Shown one piece after another: positions 18,601 to 26,973 of a stretch of DNA of 52,321 bases. The position numbers and the translations under genes were made by a program. The notes beneath the pieces are model-generated. The model did no database searches and was not told the DNA's origin. It saw nothing but the letters and a program-made list of their open reading frames with translations. The stretch covers positions 17,358 through 69,678 of the forward strand of contig DCAW01000005.1 of the NCBI GenBank assembly GCA_002313895.1. Direction: 5' to 3'. Every line of letters begins with the position of its first letter. Position 1 is the stretch's first letter. Source of the stretch: Dehalococcoidia bacterium UBA1123 (GTDB lineage: Bacteria; Chloroflexota; Dehalococcoidia; Lucifugimonadales; UBA1123).

Positions 18601-18879
18601 GCCTGCATAAATAACGTTGGGGTCAGCGGTCGAAACATCAATTGCGCCCACCGAAGCGGTCTCGAAAAACCCATCGGAGACGTTTTCCCAGTAGGTTCCG
18701 CCATCGTAGGTCTTCCATACGCCGCCAGCGCAAGCGCCGAAGTAAAACACTGCTGGATTCACCGGGTCGCCGGCGACTGCCACGACACGACCGCCTCTTG
18801 GCGGGCCAATGCACCGCCACTCCAATCCATTCAGTAGTTCGGAATTAACGCCAATGGGCGAACTCTGGGTCTGCGTCAC
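15694..18879 (-). CDS. BNR/Asp-box repeat beta-propeller protein (VPS10/glycosyl hydrolase-like)
   Basis: WRCIGPPRGGRV start; many S/T-x-D-G-G-x-T/S-W Asp-box repeats; THGRSFWILDD; helical C-terminus. Confidence 0.88.
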   Translation of the reverse strand: MTQTQSSPIGVNSELLNGLEWRCIGPPRGGRVVAVAGDPVNPAVFYFGACAGGVWKTYDGGTYWENVSDGFFETASVGAIDVSTADPNVIYAGMGEACIRIDVTHGDGVYRSTDAGKSWQNMGLKDTRHISRVRTHPQNADLVYVAALGHAFGPNSERGIFRSSNGGRDWEHVLFKSEDAGAADLSIDPNNPRNLFASIWQTRRSFWNLSSGGPDSGLWRTTDGGDTWEDISGNPGLPEGPLGRIGVAVSPAQAGRVYATIEAKDCGIYRSDDNGDTWELMSDDRDLQGRPWYYQHIFADPQDANTCWILSYGAWKSIDGGKTFTQVTTPHGDNHDIWIDPNNTQRIIEGNDGGACVSYNGGDTFSTIYNQLTSQFYHLTTDDRFPYRVYGTQQDNSAISVPSRTVKGAIPWGDCYTVGSSESGYIALHPDDPNIVVSGAVGSSPGGGGNMLRYDHKTGQVRIITVWPELNTGYGAENMKYRFQWTYPIQFSPHNPDVLYATGNIVFRSTDQGSSWEPISPDLTRNDPTKMQPSGGPVTLDTSGAETYCTIFAFVESAQEAGVFWAGSDDGLVNISRDGGETWTNITPPTLPEWSQIAAIELSPHDPATAYVAATKYKLDDTRPLLYRTNDYGASWSEIINGIPEDDFTRSVREDPNQAGLLFAGTETSLYVSFNAGDSWQKFKANLPVVPFYDLLIKDDDLIAATHGRSFWILDDLSQVRQLAADLSGESVHLLKPGTKVRLGAPFGGRKPSGGKNYQLSLGAAVTYTESKNSSGETVRKFLDAGQNPPGGLRVNYYLAEAPDSEATLTFMDSEGNEIKTFSSAELENEDERRDGRVAAAAGLNHFDWNLRYPPANRVPGDKTTEDSIIGPLSPPGAYSVRLTVGDESQTQNFDLVKNPNVEATQEDFDAQFAMLLQLRDKVSETHDNINRLRSARTQVAEWAKRAEDSAAQEAVSASADALKQQFTDIESELIQTEYRGARDRLTLPVKLNAKLLGLVPVVAAADFRPPQQTYEVFAQYTEELDAQFQALQSVIDNELSEFENLLAELQIPTIVPRTTP

Positions 18880-18914
18880 ATCTACACCTCGCCGGTTGGG
18901 ATTTTGTGCCGCCC

Positions 18915-18943
18915 ATTATAGACCCGTCAGTTCCGAACGGCAA
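18915..18943 (-). promoter_or_regulatory. Sigma70-type promoter
   Basis: Minus strand TTGCCG-17 nt-TATAAT upstream of GTG 18879. Confidence 0.6.
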
Positions 18944-19141
18944 AAGCCCACGGGCGAGGCAATGCACTCCGCCTCCACCAAAGGGTCGAAGGCCGGTTAG
19001 ACAATTCGGAGCGCGTCACGATCACTGCATTATCTTCTCGAAACTCGGGAGAATGGCCGATGCCGAACCGAGCGGGTGCACGTATGTTGATTGCAGACAG
19101 AAAAACACGCCGAACCAGATTCTCAAACCGAGGGGGCGAAG

Positions 19142-19982
19142 ATGAAGCTAATCGCATCCATCAAACCGAAAATGCACGTGAAAACTGGAATCCTGGCCTT
19201 TGGCCTGATCCTGATCTCAGTCGCCGCAGCCTGCAGCACGAACGTCGCCACATCAACTAAAGCACGTGACGACAGCTTCACCGTCGCAGAATCTCGCAAA
19301 ATCGTGTTCAACGGCAGCAACGGACGCATCAAAGTCAGTGCCGGAACGGACGACACCGTGAGGGTCCAGGCAACGTTGAGACGGCCCGATGACCTCAAAT
19401 ACGAGGTGACTCAAGATGGCAACCCGATCAACGTCGAGGTCGAGGAAAAAGGCGGCAAATTTTCTTCCTTAGGCCAGAGCTCCTGCGACGACATCGAAAT
19501 CACAACGCCATCAAACACGAGAGTGGGACTCAGCGCCAGCAACGGGACAATCGAGCTTTACGGCATGCACCGGTCAGGCATGTGAGAAGCTCGAACGGCA
19601 AAATTATTATGGACGACGTGACTGGAGATTTCGATGTCCACGCTTCTAATGGTAGCGTGGACATCGCTAGGGCGACTGGCACATTCGACATTGAGACTAG
19701 CAACGGACGGATTGAATTTGCTGGGGTCATCGTCCCAGGCGTCGACAATCGCATGACGACCAGCAACGGCAGCGCCGAAATCACGTCGCACGGCACGCCT
19801 AGCGTAAAACTAGACGGTCGACAACCAACGGTTCCATTAAAGCACGTTCGCCAATTCTGACGACGTTCTCCGGTGACAAACATCACATCGTGGGAACAAT
19901 CGGGGCTGGCGACGCCGAGTTGTTCGTCAAAACAGCCAATGGTCCCGTGACAGTTCAACGAGACACCTTGATGAAATCGTGA
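19142..19982 (+). pseudogene. DUF4097/adhesin-like beta-strand repeat lipoprotein, two frameshifts
   Basis: Lipobox VAAAC; repeated (S/T)SNGxI units continue across frameshifts near 19582 and 19817 to TGA 19980-19982. Confidence 0.75.
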
Positions 19983-20075
19983 GCCACTGATTCCGGCTGC
20001 ATATTGCTGTCCACGAAGGCCATCGTCTCTGTGAACAGCAACTCCCTCTTCAACGATTTTGTGATCCGACAACCG

Positions 20076-21074
20076 CTAGTCGAACGCCGCTACGATCTCC
20101 TCTTCCACGCGCTGGAAAGCTTCGACATCGCCAGTTGGAATACCTCCGAACATGATCTCATCCACGCCTGCGTCTGCGAACTCGCCTATCCGCTCGATGA
20201 TGTAGTCTTTTGGCCCAGCCAATGAGCCTGAATCTTTCGCTTCCATCAGCGGCCCTGCGTAGTTGCCGTGAGTTCGGTCCATGGACCGATATCCTCGCGC
20301 TTCGTTATACTGTTCGGCCTCGGCTGGATCATCTGTGATCAAGAGAGGCGCCAACAACGTCCGCTTGATCTCTGAAGGATCGCGACCGACATCCTCGCAG
20401 TGCCGTTCAAGCACGCTAATCTTGTGTTGATATAGGTCCATCGACATCCCTCTGCCCGACCAGCCATCCAGGTTAAAGATGTCGCCATATTTCGCCAAAG
20501 TACGCATGGTGCGCCGCTCGCCTGTCCCGCCAATCAGAATCGGAACGTGCGGTTCCTGGTAGGATGTGGGCGACAGCGGCGCCTGATCTAGTTGGTAATA
20601 CTGGCCGTCGTAGTCAACAGGCCCTTCTGCGGTGAAGAGTTTGCGGATCAACTCGCACGCCTCCTCAAACCTGTCGGACCGTTCTTTCAGCGACGGGAAA
20701 TCCCATCCGAACGCCTCGTGTTCCCGAGCGAACCATGCCGCGCCAAGGGAAAGCACGAATCGGCCTTTAGATGCCTGATCCAACGTCGTCGCCATCTTCG
20801 CCAGCAACGCCGGATTTCGATACGTGTTGCCCAAGACCAGATGGCCGAGCCTGAGTTTCTTAGTCATGCCAGCCGCCACCGCGATTAGCGTGTAGCCTTC
20901 GAACGCCGTCCCTTGCTCCTGATCTCGTGCTCCGCCGGGAGACCCCGGCGACGGCGGGAGAAAGTGGTCAGCAAACCACAAGCTGTTCCACCGTCCAGCT
21001 TCCAATGCCTGGATTGATGCGTTGATGTCGTCCCACGTCGTTCGATAGCAGCTTACTTGAACTCCGAATTTCAT
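20076..21074 (-). CDS. LLM class flavin/F420-dependent oxidoreductase
   Basis: MKFGVQ, LWFADHF, LVLGNTYRNPALLAKMATTLD, PILIGGTG. Confidence 0.9.
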   Translation of the reverse strand: MKFGVQVSCYRTTWDDINASIQALEAGRWNSLWFADHFLPPSPGSPGGARDQEQGTAFEGYTLIAVAAGMTKKLRLGHLVLGNTYRNPALLAKMATTLDQASKGRFVLSLGAAWFAREHEAFGWDFPSLKERSDRFEEACELIRKLFTAEGPVDYDGQYYQLDQAPLSPTSYQEPHVPILIGGTGERRTMRTLAKYGDIFNLDGWSGRGMSMDLYQHKISVLERHCEDVGRDPSEIKRTLLAPLLITDDPAEAEQYNEARGYRSMDRTHGNYAGPLMEAKDSGSLAGPKDYIIERIGEFADAGVDEIMFGGIPTGDVEAFQRVEEEIVAAFD

Positions 21075-21104
21075 ACTTTTCGACCTCTTTTTCAATCTGC
21101 AATA

Positions 21105-21944
21105 TTAATGGGTTGAACTGGCGCGTCCAATAGCTGATTTCAGTTCGACTGTGTTGGGCAAGTCATCCATGCCAAAATACTCGTGTTCGATCCGGTCGTC
21201 GTAAACCTTCACAATGCGTAGCCCTGAGGGATCGTCTCCAAGTGGGTACCCAACTGGGCCAGATATAATCATCAACATGTCGCCGTCGCTAGAGTAATGG
21301 TTTTCGTGCCAATGGCCTGTGAACACCCCTGACGCTCCATGCTTGCGAAGCTGTCTGAGAAGGACGCTTCTTCGTTCGTGGGGAATGTATCGAATATCCT
21401 TATTTGGGTCGTCTGCGGAGTCGGCGAAGAGCGGGTGGTGCATGAACATTATTGTGTGCTTGCTCGTTGGGCTATGCGCATCAAGGTCCGACCGCACAAA
21501 ATCGACCAGTGAATCCCACTCTTCGGGAACTTCAGACGGGTCGAGACAGATCGAACTATTCAGGACAACGAAGTGGCTTCCGTGAAAGTCGAAGGAGTAG
21601 TTATCGTTGCCAAATTTCTCTCGGTAGATTCGGAGGCTCTCAGCAGACGGGGTGTTCCCCACATCACAGTTGCCTGTGGTGAGATAGAGTGGGATGTTGT
21701 GATCCAGTTGGGCCGAAATCCGCATCAACTCTGAGTGCTGAGCCTCGTTGTCAGAGTCCTGAACAAGGTCGCCCGTGACCACCACAAACTCGGGTTTCAG
21801 GCGGTTGGCAGCGGCAATAGCTGTTTCGTACAGGGCTGTCTCGGGAAACGTTCCGTCTCCCGGTGCGGCTCCACGTGCCTCAAAACACCCGAATTGCGGG
21901 TCGCTAAGTTGGATGAAAAAAAATGGGTCTGGGGTTTTTGTCAT
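21105..21944 (-). CDS. Calcineurin-like metallophosphoesterase (CPPED1-like)
   Basis: SDPQFG, TGDLV, GNCD, FMHHP and GHWH motifs. Confidence 0.88.
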   Translation of the reverse strand: MTKTPDPFFFIQLSDPQFGCFEARGAAPGDGTFPETALYETAIAAANRLKPEFVVVTGDLVQDSDNEAQHSELMRISAQLDHNIPLYLTTGNCDVGNTPSAESLRIYREKFGNDNYSFDFHGSHFVVLNSSICLDPSEVPEEWDSLVDFVRSDLDAHSPTSKHTIMFMHHPLFADSADDPNKDIRYIPHERRSVLLRQLRKHGASGVFTGHWHENHYSSDGDMLMIISGPVGYPLGDDPSGLRIVKVYDDRIEHEYFGMDDLPNTVELKSAIGRASSTH

Positions 21945-21960
21945 CTCTTTGCCTCACTGT

Positions 21961-22095
21961 TTATGGCTCAATAAATTGGGCAACATATTCTTGCGTCCAG
22001 ACCAACGAAGCATTCAAGTTTCCACCGGCGACACGAACTCGATTGTGCCGTGATTTTCCGGGTAATGCCCAGCACGCCTCAGGTGCGCCAGGCAT
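21961..22095 (-). CDS. Putative 44-aa upstream ORF or gene remnant
   Basis: AGAGGA RBS then ATG; MPGAPEACWALPGKSRHNRVRVAGGNLNASLVWTQEYVAQFIEP; lies between a promoter and the phosphoesterase. Confidence 0.3.
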   Translation of the reverse strand: MPGAPEACWALPGKSRHNRVRVAGGNLNASLVWTQEYVAQFIEP

Positions 22096-22125
22096 AACTG
22101 ATCCTCTTTGAATCCGGACTGAGCG

Positions 22126-22154
22126 AGTGTAGCAAGGGGGTTCAACATGGTCAA
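22126..22154 (-). promoter_or_regulatory. Sigma70-type promoter
   Basis: Minus strand TTGACC-17 nt-TACACT with extended-10 TG. Confidence 0.6.
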
Positions 22155-22186
22155 CCGGACCGACACTCTCCAGAAATCCAGGCTCG

Positions 22187-22214
22187 TTGCATCATTTGGC
22201 TCCTGTGCTATACT
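22187..22214 (+). promoter_or_regulatory. Sigma70-type promoter of the sulfurtransferase
   Basis: TTGCAT-16 nt-TATACT with extended-10 TG; GGAGG RBS before ATG 22254. Confidence 0.55.
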
Positions 22215-22253
22215 CCCACCACTGCTCGAATCACCATCACCGGAGGCACGAAC

Positions 22254-23105
22254 ATGACGACTCAGGGATACGCTCGTCCCGAAATGCTGGCAGACACCGA
22301 CTGGCTGGCAGAACATATAGACGACCCTAACATCCGAATCATCGACTGTGATGAATTTCCAGAGTACCGTCGCTCCCACATCAAAAACGCGGTAGGCATC
22401 CAGGTTCATCACTACATCAAGCATCCAGATTATCCCAAAGACTCCCACGCGTACCCTTGGGTCGCCGAACCTGACGTCGTCAAAGGACTCATGGAGAAAA
22501 TGGGCATTGGCGACGACACTCTGGTGGTCACCTACGATGCCAACGGGAGTCTTTCCGCCGCCCGATTCTGGTGGGTTCTGAACTACTACGGCCACACCAA
22601 CGTCAAGGTGCTGAATGGCGGATGGCGGAAGTGGCACGACGAAGGCAAACCAACGTCGATAGACCGCCCCCCTGTAGTCAGTGTTACATTTACTCCGAAC
22701 GCCAACGAGGACCTGATCTGCACTCTCGACTACGGGGTGGGACAGGTTGGACACTCCGACACCGTGTTCCTAGACGTCCGGGCCGACGGAGAGTGGGATG
22801 GCTCCAACAGCCGAGGTAACGAACGGGTCGGTCATATCCCAGGCGCAGTCCACCTGGAATGGACGAATTTCCTGAACGAGGATCGTCACCGCACGTTCAA
22901 GACGGCTGAAGAGCTTCGATCAATGCTCGAAATGATTGGAGTGACAGCTGACAAGAATGTCATCACTTATTGACAGGGTGGAATCCGTGCGGCGCACGGA
23001 GTGTTCACCCTGCGGCTCCTGGGTTATGACAGGACTCGGAACTACGACGGATCGATGGGCGAGTGGGCCAACCGTGATCACACCCTGTTGGAAGTCCCCG
23101 CCTAA
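22254..23105 (+). CDS. Tandem-domain rhodanese/sulfurtransferase, selenocysteine-containing (283 aa, Sec240)
   Basis: SHIKNA, AARFWW, VLNGG, GHIPGA motifs; TGA 22971-22973 sits at the catalytic Cys position (ITY-U-QGGIRA); frame continues through the rhodanese signature NYDGSMGEW to TAA 23103-23105. Confidence 0.88.
22974..23012 (+). promoter_or_regulatory. Bacterial SECIS-like hairpin
   Basis: Immediately 3' of the TGA: CAGGGTGGAA-TCCGTGC-GGC-GCACGGA-GTG-TTCACCCTG; G-containing apical loop 17 nt after the UGA. Confidence 0.75.
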
Positions 23106-23128
23106 TTTCAACTGACCCCAGACGCGAC

Positions 23129-23170
23129 CAATTGCCCTGCCGCAAGTGCCCGACAGGGCAATTGTTTATT
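23129..23170 (+). terminator. Terminator-like hairpin between the sulfurtransferase and ASST genes
   Basis: Perfect 11-bp stem CAATTGCCCTG/CAGGGCAATTG followed by TTTATT, directly before the next RBS. Confidence 0.5.
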
Positions 23171-23184
23171 CAGGAGAGATAACA

Positions 23185-24297
23185 ATGGGCTGGTCCGAGC
23201 ATCATCCAGTCGGTCTGATTCACAATTCACCTTCCCTAGCCTACCGAGGATACACGCTGTTCACAACCAACGGCGGCAACCATGCGAACCTGGTGGACAT
23301 GGAAGGCCAAATCTGTCACCGGTGGGAATATCACGAAGGAATTTCATACTCTCAACTCCTGCTCAACGGCAACCTGTTGTTCCGCACGAATCCGCCGACT
23401 GAGGAGGAATCCGGGCGGGGTCTCGGTGGAGCCAGCGGCGCTCTGGTAGAGCTAGACTGGGAGGGCAACAAGGTCTGGGAGTACCGGAATCCCTGGCTCC
23501 ATCACGATTTCCAACGCCAGCTAAACGGAAACACGATTGTCTTAGTGTGGGAAGAGCTATCCACTGAATTCTCGGACACCGTGCAAGGCGGTAATGTGAA
23601 TGAGGAAGAGCCTGAAGTAATGCTGGGCGATGTAATCATTGAGGTCGATTCCGACGGCAATACCGTGAACGAGTGGAAACTTTGGCAAAAATTAAACGTT
23701 GCCGAAGAAGTCATCTGCCCGCTGCACGGTCGCCGCGAATGGACTCATGGCAACTCTCTGAAGCTGACCAACGATAACGATTTTCTAGTCAGTTTTAGGA
23801 CTGTCAGCACCATTGGAATTGTGTCGCGAGAAACTGGAGAATTTACGTGGAAATGGGGACCAGGTGAAGTATCCCATCAACACCACGCGACACATCTGGC
23901 AAATGGCAACGTGCTGCTGTTCGACAATGGTTCTCACGCCAGAGGGAACCAAGAACGGTCTAGTATTGTCGAGGTCGACCCGGAAACAAATGAAATTGCT
24001 TGGCGGTACCTCGGCAGCCCTCTGATGTCGTTCTACAGCTTCCACATTTCCAGCGCGGAGAGACAGCCCAACGGCAACACCCTGGCCTGCGAAGGCGCGC
24101 ACGGACGCATTTTCGAGGTGACACACTCTGGCGACATCGTATGGGAGTACATCAACCCATTCTTCGCTCCAGACCGCTCCGGCGCCCAGGCGAACGCCAC
24201 ATTCCGCGCCCACCGCTACGGCCCGGACTTCACCGGCTTCGCAGGTCGCGATCTCGACCCTTCGAAGTATGGGAATCTGAATCGGCTATATTCTTGA
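23185..24297 (+). CDS. Aryl-sulfate sulfotransferase (ASST)-like beta-propeller protein
   Basis: HHDFQRQLNGNT, WTHGNS, HQHHA..L.NGNVLLFDNG, SSAERQPNGNTL; CAGGAG RBS; no signal peptide. Confidence 0.85.
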   Translation: MGWSEHHPVGLIHNSPSLAYRGYTLFTTNGGNHANLVDMEGQICHRWEYHEGISYSQLLLNGNLLFRTNPPTEEESGRGLGGASGALVELDWEGNKVWEYRNPWLHHDFQRQLNGNTIVLVWEELSTEFSDTVQGGNVNEEEPEVMLGDVIIEVDSDGNTVNEWKLWQKLNVAEEVICPLHGRREWTHGNSLKLTNDNDFLVSFRTVSTIGIVSRETGEFTWKWGPGEVSHQHHATHLANGNVLLFDNGSHARGNQERSSIVEVDPETNEIAWRYLGSPLMSFYSFHISSAERQPNGNTLACEGAHGRIFEVTHSGDIVWEYINPFFAPDRSGAQANATFRAHRYGPDFTGFAGRDLDPSKYGNLNRLYS

Positions 24298-25614
24298 ACC
24301 GGACTCAACAGCAGCAGCCTCGGCTCGGAGTCGGTCCAAAAGCGCTAGCAACTCGGCATTCGAGCCGATTTCGATGATCTCGCGGATGAATGCTTCGATT
24401 GATGGCAGGAGATCGCGAATCTCGTTTAACTGGGCGCCCAGGGGGCTGGTTGACGCGGGACTTTCGGCGTACCGGCCCCGAAAGGCGAAATACGCCTGAT
24501 TGAGCTTGCGAAGGCCGTAACCTCGAAGGCGCAGGAACCATTGCTGTTCCCGCATGTGTTCCTCTGCTTCCTCGATCTTGCCCTCGCTCAACAATTCATC
24601 AACGCGCCGGCGCGTCTCGCGCATGACTTTCGTAAATTGGGGGTTGATGTCCTCCGCTGGCGCGTATCTGCTGGCTGAGATGGTCAGATCGCCGCCTATG
24701 CGCTCGAACACAATGTCGCCCAGTTCACGGCCTATGATGTCGGCGACCGTCTCATTCATGGTGAACATCGTGTCATTTTTCCTCAGATTCTTGCCCAGCG
24801 GCTTGAAGAAGAAGAAGGCGTGCATCCACTCGTGAACTGCCGTCCTCATGACGGTTCGAGTTGTGTATAGATCGTTGACGAAATTCGGATAGGTCGCCAG
24901 CCCCGCCAGATCGTCCACGTACGACGACAGGTTGTGCTTCTCGAGGATTTCGTTTTCGATCCTGTCTCGCTCCACGCCCTTGATGTCAGGGTCCAACAGG
25001 ATCGAGCTAATAAGGCTGATCTTGTCCCTTGTCGATAGAACTAAGAGCGTCGGCGGCTCTTCGAATTTGATGTCAACGGGTGGCCAAATCAGGCCGAATC
25101 TAGACTCGAATCCCATTTCGGCCAACAGAGCGCTGATCTCTGCTTCTACGGCCTCCTCAGCCTTAGCGCGGAGGGCGTTCCTCTCCTTTGTGAGTATTTC
25201 GAGCGCTTCAGTAGTAGGAACAAGCTCTTTCGCGGCGGCGGCAGACCCCTGAGTGGCGCTGCGTCGAATCAGAACGCCGTCGACCCGATCCACCTCTTTC
25301 TGGACCTTTCGGGCAAGCTGGAGATAATCGTCAATAATGACGAGGCGTTCCTCTCTGGATGGTTTGTTGCCGGGTATGGCCTCCCAAAGCGCATGGATCC
25401 ATTTCTGTGGGAAATTCTTGATCTCCCATCGGACTATCGAGAAAAGATGGTCTCCCGCGATCAATTCCACCGGAGTCAGCTTATAGTTGTCCACTCTGAT
25501 AAACAGCAACACCACCAGCAAGAAAAGCAACCCTGCCCCGGTCCGCTTTCTCATGCCGTAGTACGGCTCGTCACCTACTTCGGCATCGAATGTTTCTTCG
25601 TCGATCAAACTCAA
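24286..25614 (-). CDS. Hypothetical membrane-anchored protein with HEXXH zinc-peptidase motif
   Basis: N-terminal TM helix; AVHEWMHAF plus downstream MNETVA; LNQAYFAF..RYA. Confidence 0.75.
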   Translation of the reverse strand: MSLIDEETFDAEVGDEPYYGMRKRTGAGLLFLLVVLLFIRVDNYKLTPVELIAGDHLFSIVRWEIKNFPQKWIHALWEAIPGNKPSREERLVIIDDYLQLARKVQKEVDRVDGVLIRRSATQGSAAAAKELVPTTEALEILTKERNALRAKAEEAVEAEISALLAEMGFESRFGLIWPPVDIKFEEPPTLLVLSTRDKISLISSILLDPDIKGVERDRIENEILEKHNLSSYVDDLAGLATYPNFVNDLYTTRTVMRTAVHEWMHAFFFFKPLGKNLRKNDTMFTMNETVADIIGRELGDIVFERIGGDLTISASRYAPAEDINPQFTKVMRETRRRVDELLSEGKIEEAEEHMREQQWFLRLRGYGLRKLNQAYFAFRGRYAESPASTSPLGAQLNEIRDLLPSIEAFIREIIEIGSNAELLALLDRLRAEAAAVESGSRI

Positions 25615-25789
25615 GTCCTGAGCGTCTAATGTGTGACTATGCTTAAATTACGAGCCATAACTACGGCCAGACTTTGCGCGCCGGAATGGTAGGCTTTGCA
25701 GTGGGTTGTTTATCGGATTATCCCGACACGAAAGATGCTAAAATTAGCGCTGACGATCTCGGATTTTGCTCAACACAAGGATTTTAAGC

Positions 25790-26929
25790 ATGACCAAAAC
25801 AACTGTCGTAGTGACGATTGATGGCTTCGATCCCGATTACCTGGACGCCTGCGACGCCCCCAATCTTCAGGAGCTTGGTCGCAAAGGCTTCCTGAAAATC
25901 GGTAAATCCATGATGCCGTCGGTCACCAACGTTAACAACGTCTCGCTTGTTACGGCCAGCTATCCCGAAGTCCATGGCATTAGCTCCAACTACCGAATGA
26001 TACGGGAAACGGGTGAAGAGATATACATGGAGTCGGGAGAGTACATCCTGGCAGAGACCATGTTCCAGCGTGCCACGAAATTGGGCAAACGGTCAGTCCT
26101 CGTCACCTCCAAAGACAAACTGAGAACTCTGTTGTCAGACGGCGCTACGATCACCGTGTCGTCGGAACAGGCCCCAGAGTGGGTCGTGGCAGGGCCGAAA
26201 GTCGGAGAGCCGCCGGAAATCTACTCACTGGAAGTCAACGGCTGGTCAATTAATGCCGCCAATTACATCATGACTCAGCATGAGGCCGACCTTGTGTACA
26301 TCACTACCACCGACTACGCGATGCACACATACGCCCCCGACGCGCCGGAGTCCCAGCAACACATCACCATTTTGGATAACGCCATCGGCGAACTGTTGGA
26401 AACTCATCCCGACACAACATTCCTCTTGACGGCTGACCACGGGATGTCGGCGAAGTCGCGACTCCTCGATCTCAACGATGTCCTGAGCGCTCATGGCATC
26501 CGCGCTGTTCAAGTCCCCATCATCAAGGACCGATACGTCGTCCACCACTCAAATCTTGGTGGTTGCATGTTCATATACATGGACCCGGAGCACACGGGAC
26601 GGACGGACGAAGCGATGAAGATTCTCAGAGAGACGCCAGGTATCGACGATGTGTACTCTCGTGAGGGCGCAGTCGAAAAATTAAACCTCTACCATGAGAG
26701 AATCGGCGACATCGTCGTGACGGGAGACAAGGAAACTGTGTTCGGTCCCAGCAAACTGTCTAGAGATCTAGGCGGAGACGGGAAAGTGCCGTCGGGACTC
26801 CGTTCCCATGCCTCCGCCCACGAACAGGACATCCCTTTGCTTGGATACAACGGAGACTTCGAAGGGTTCGATTTCTCCGAGAATCGTGACATTGGCCGCT
26901 ACGTGTTCGAGCGTACGCTGGCCGATTAG
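25790..26929 (+). CDS. Alkaline phosphatase superfamily, phosphonoacetate hydrolase (PhnA)-like
   Basis: TIDG, MPSVTNVNNVSLVT, TTDYAMH, TADHGM, HERIGD and LRSH motifs. Confidence 0.82.
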   Translation: MTKTTVVVTIDGFDPDYLDACDAPNLQELGRKGFLKIGKSMMPSVTNVNNVSLVTASYPEVHGISSNYRMIRETGEEIYMESGEYILAETMFQRATKLGKRSVLVTSKDKLRTLLSDGATITVSSEQAPEWVVAGPKVGEPPEIYSLEVNGWSINAANYIMTQHEADLVYITTTDYAMHTYAPDAPESQQHITILDNAIGELLETHPDTTFLLTADHGMSAKSRLLDLNDVLSAHGIRAVQVPIIKDRYVVHHSNLGGCMFIYMDPEHTGRTDEAMKILRETPGIDDVYSREGAVEKLNLYHERIGDIVVTGDKETVFGPSKLSRDLGGDGKVPSGLRSHASAHEQDIPLLGYNGDFEGFDFSENRDIGRYVFERTLAD

Positions 26930-26973
26930 CACCGCGATCGGAATCAACACACAATTGCTTTAAGAAGGAACAA

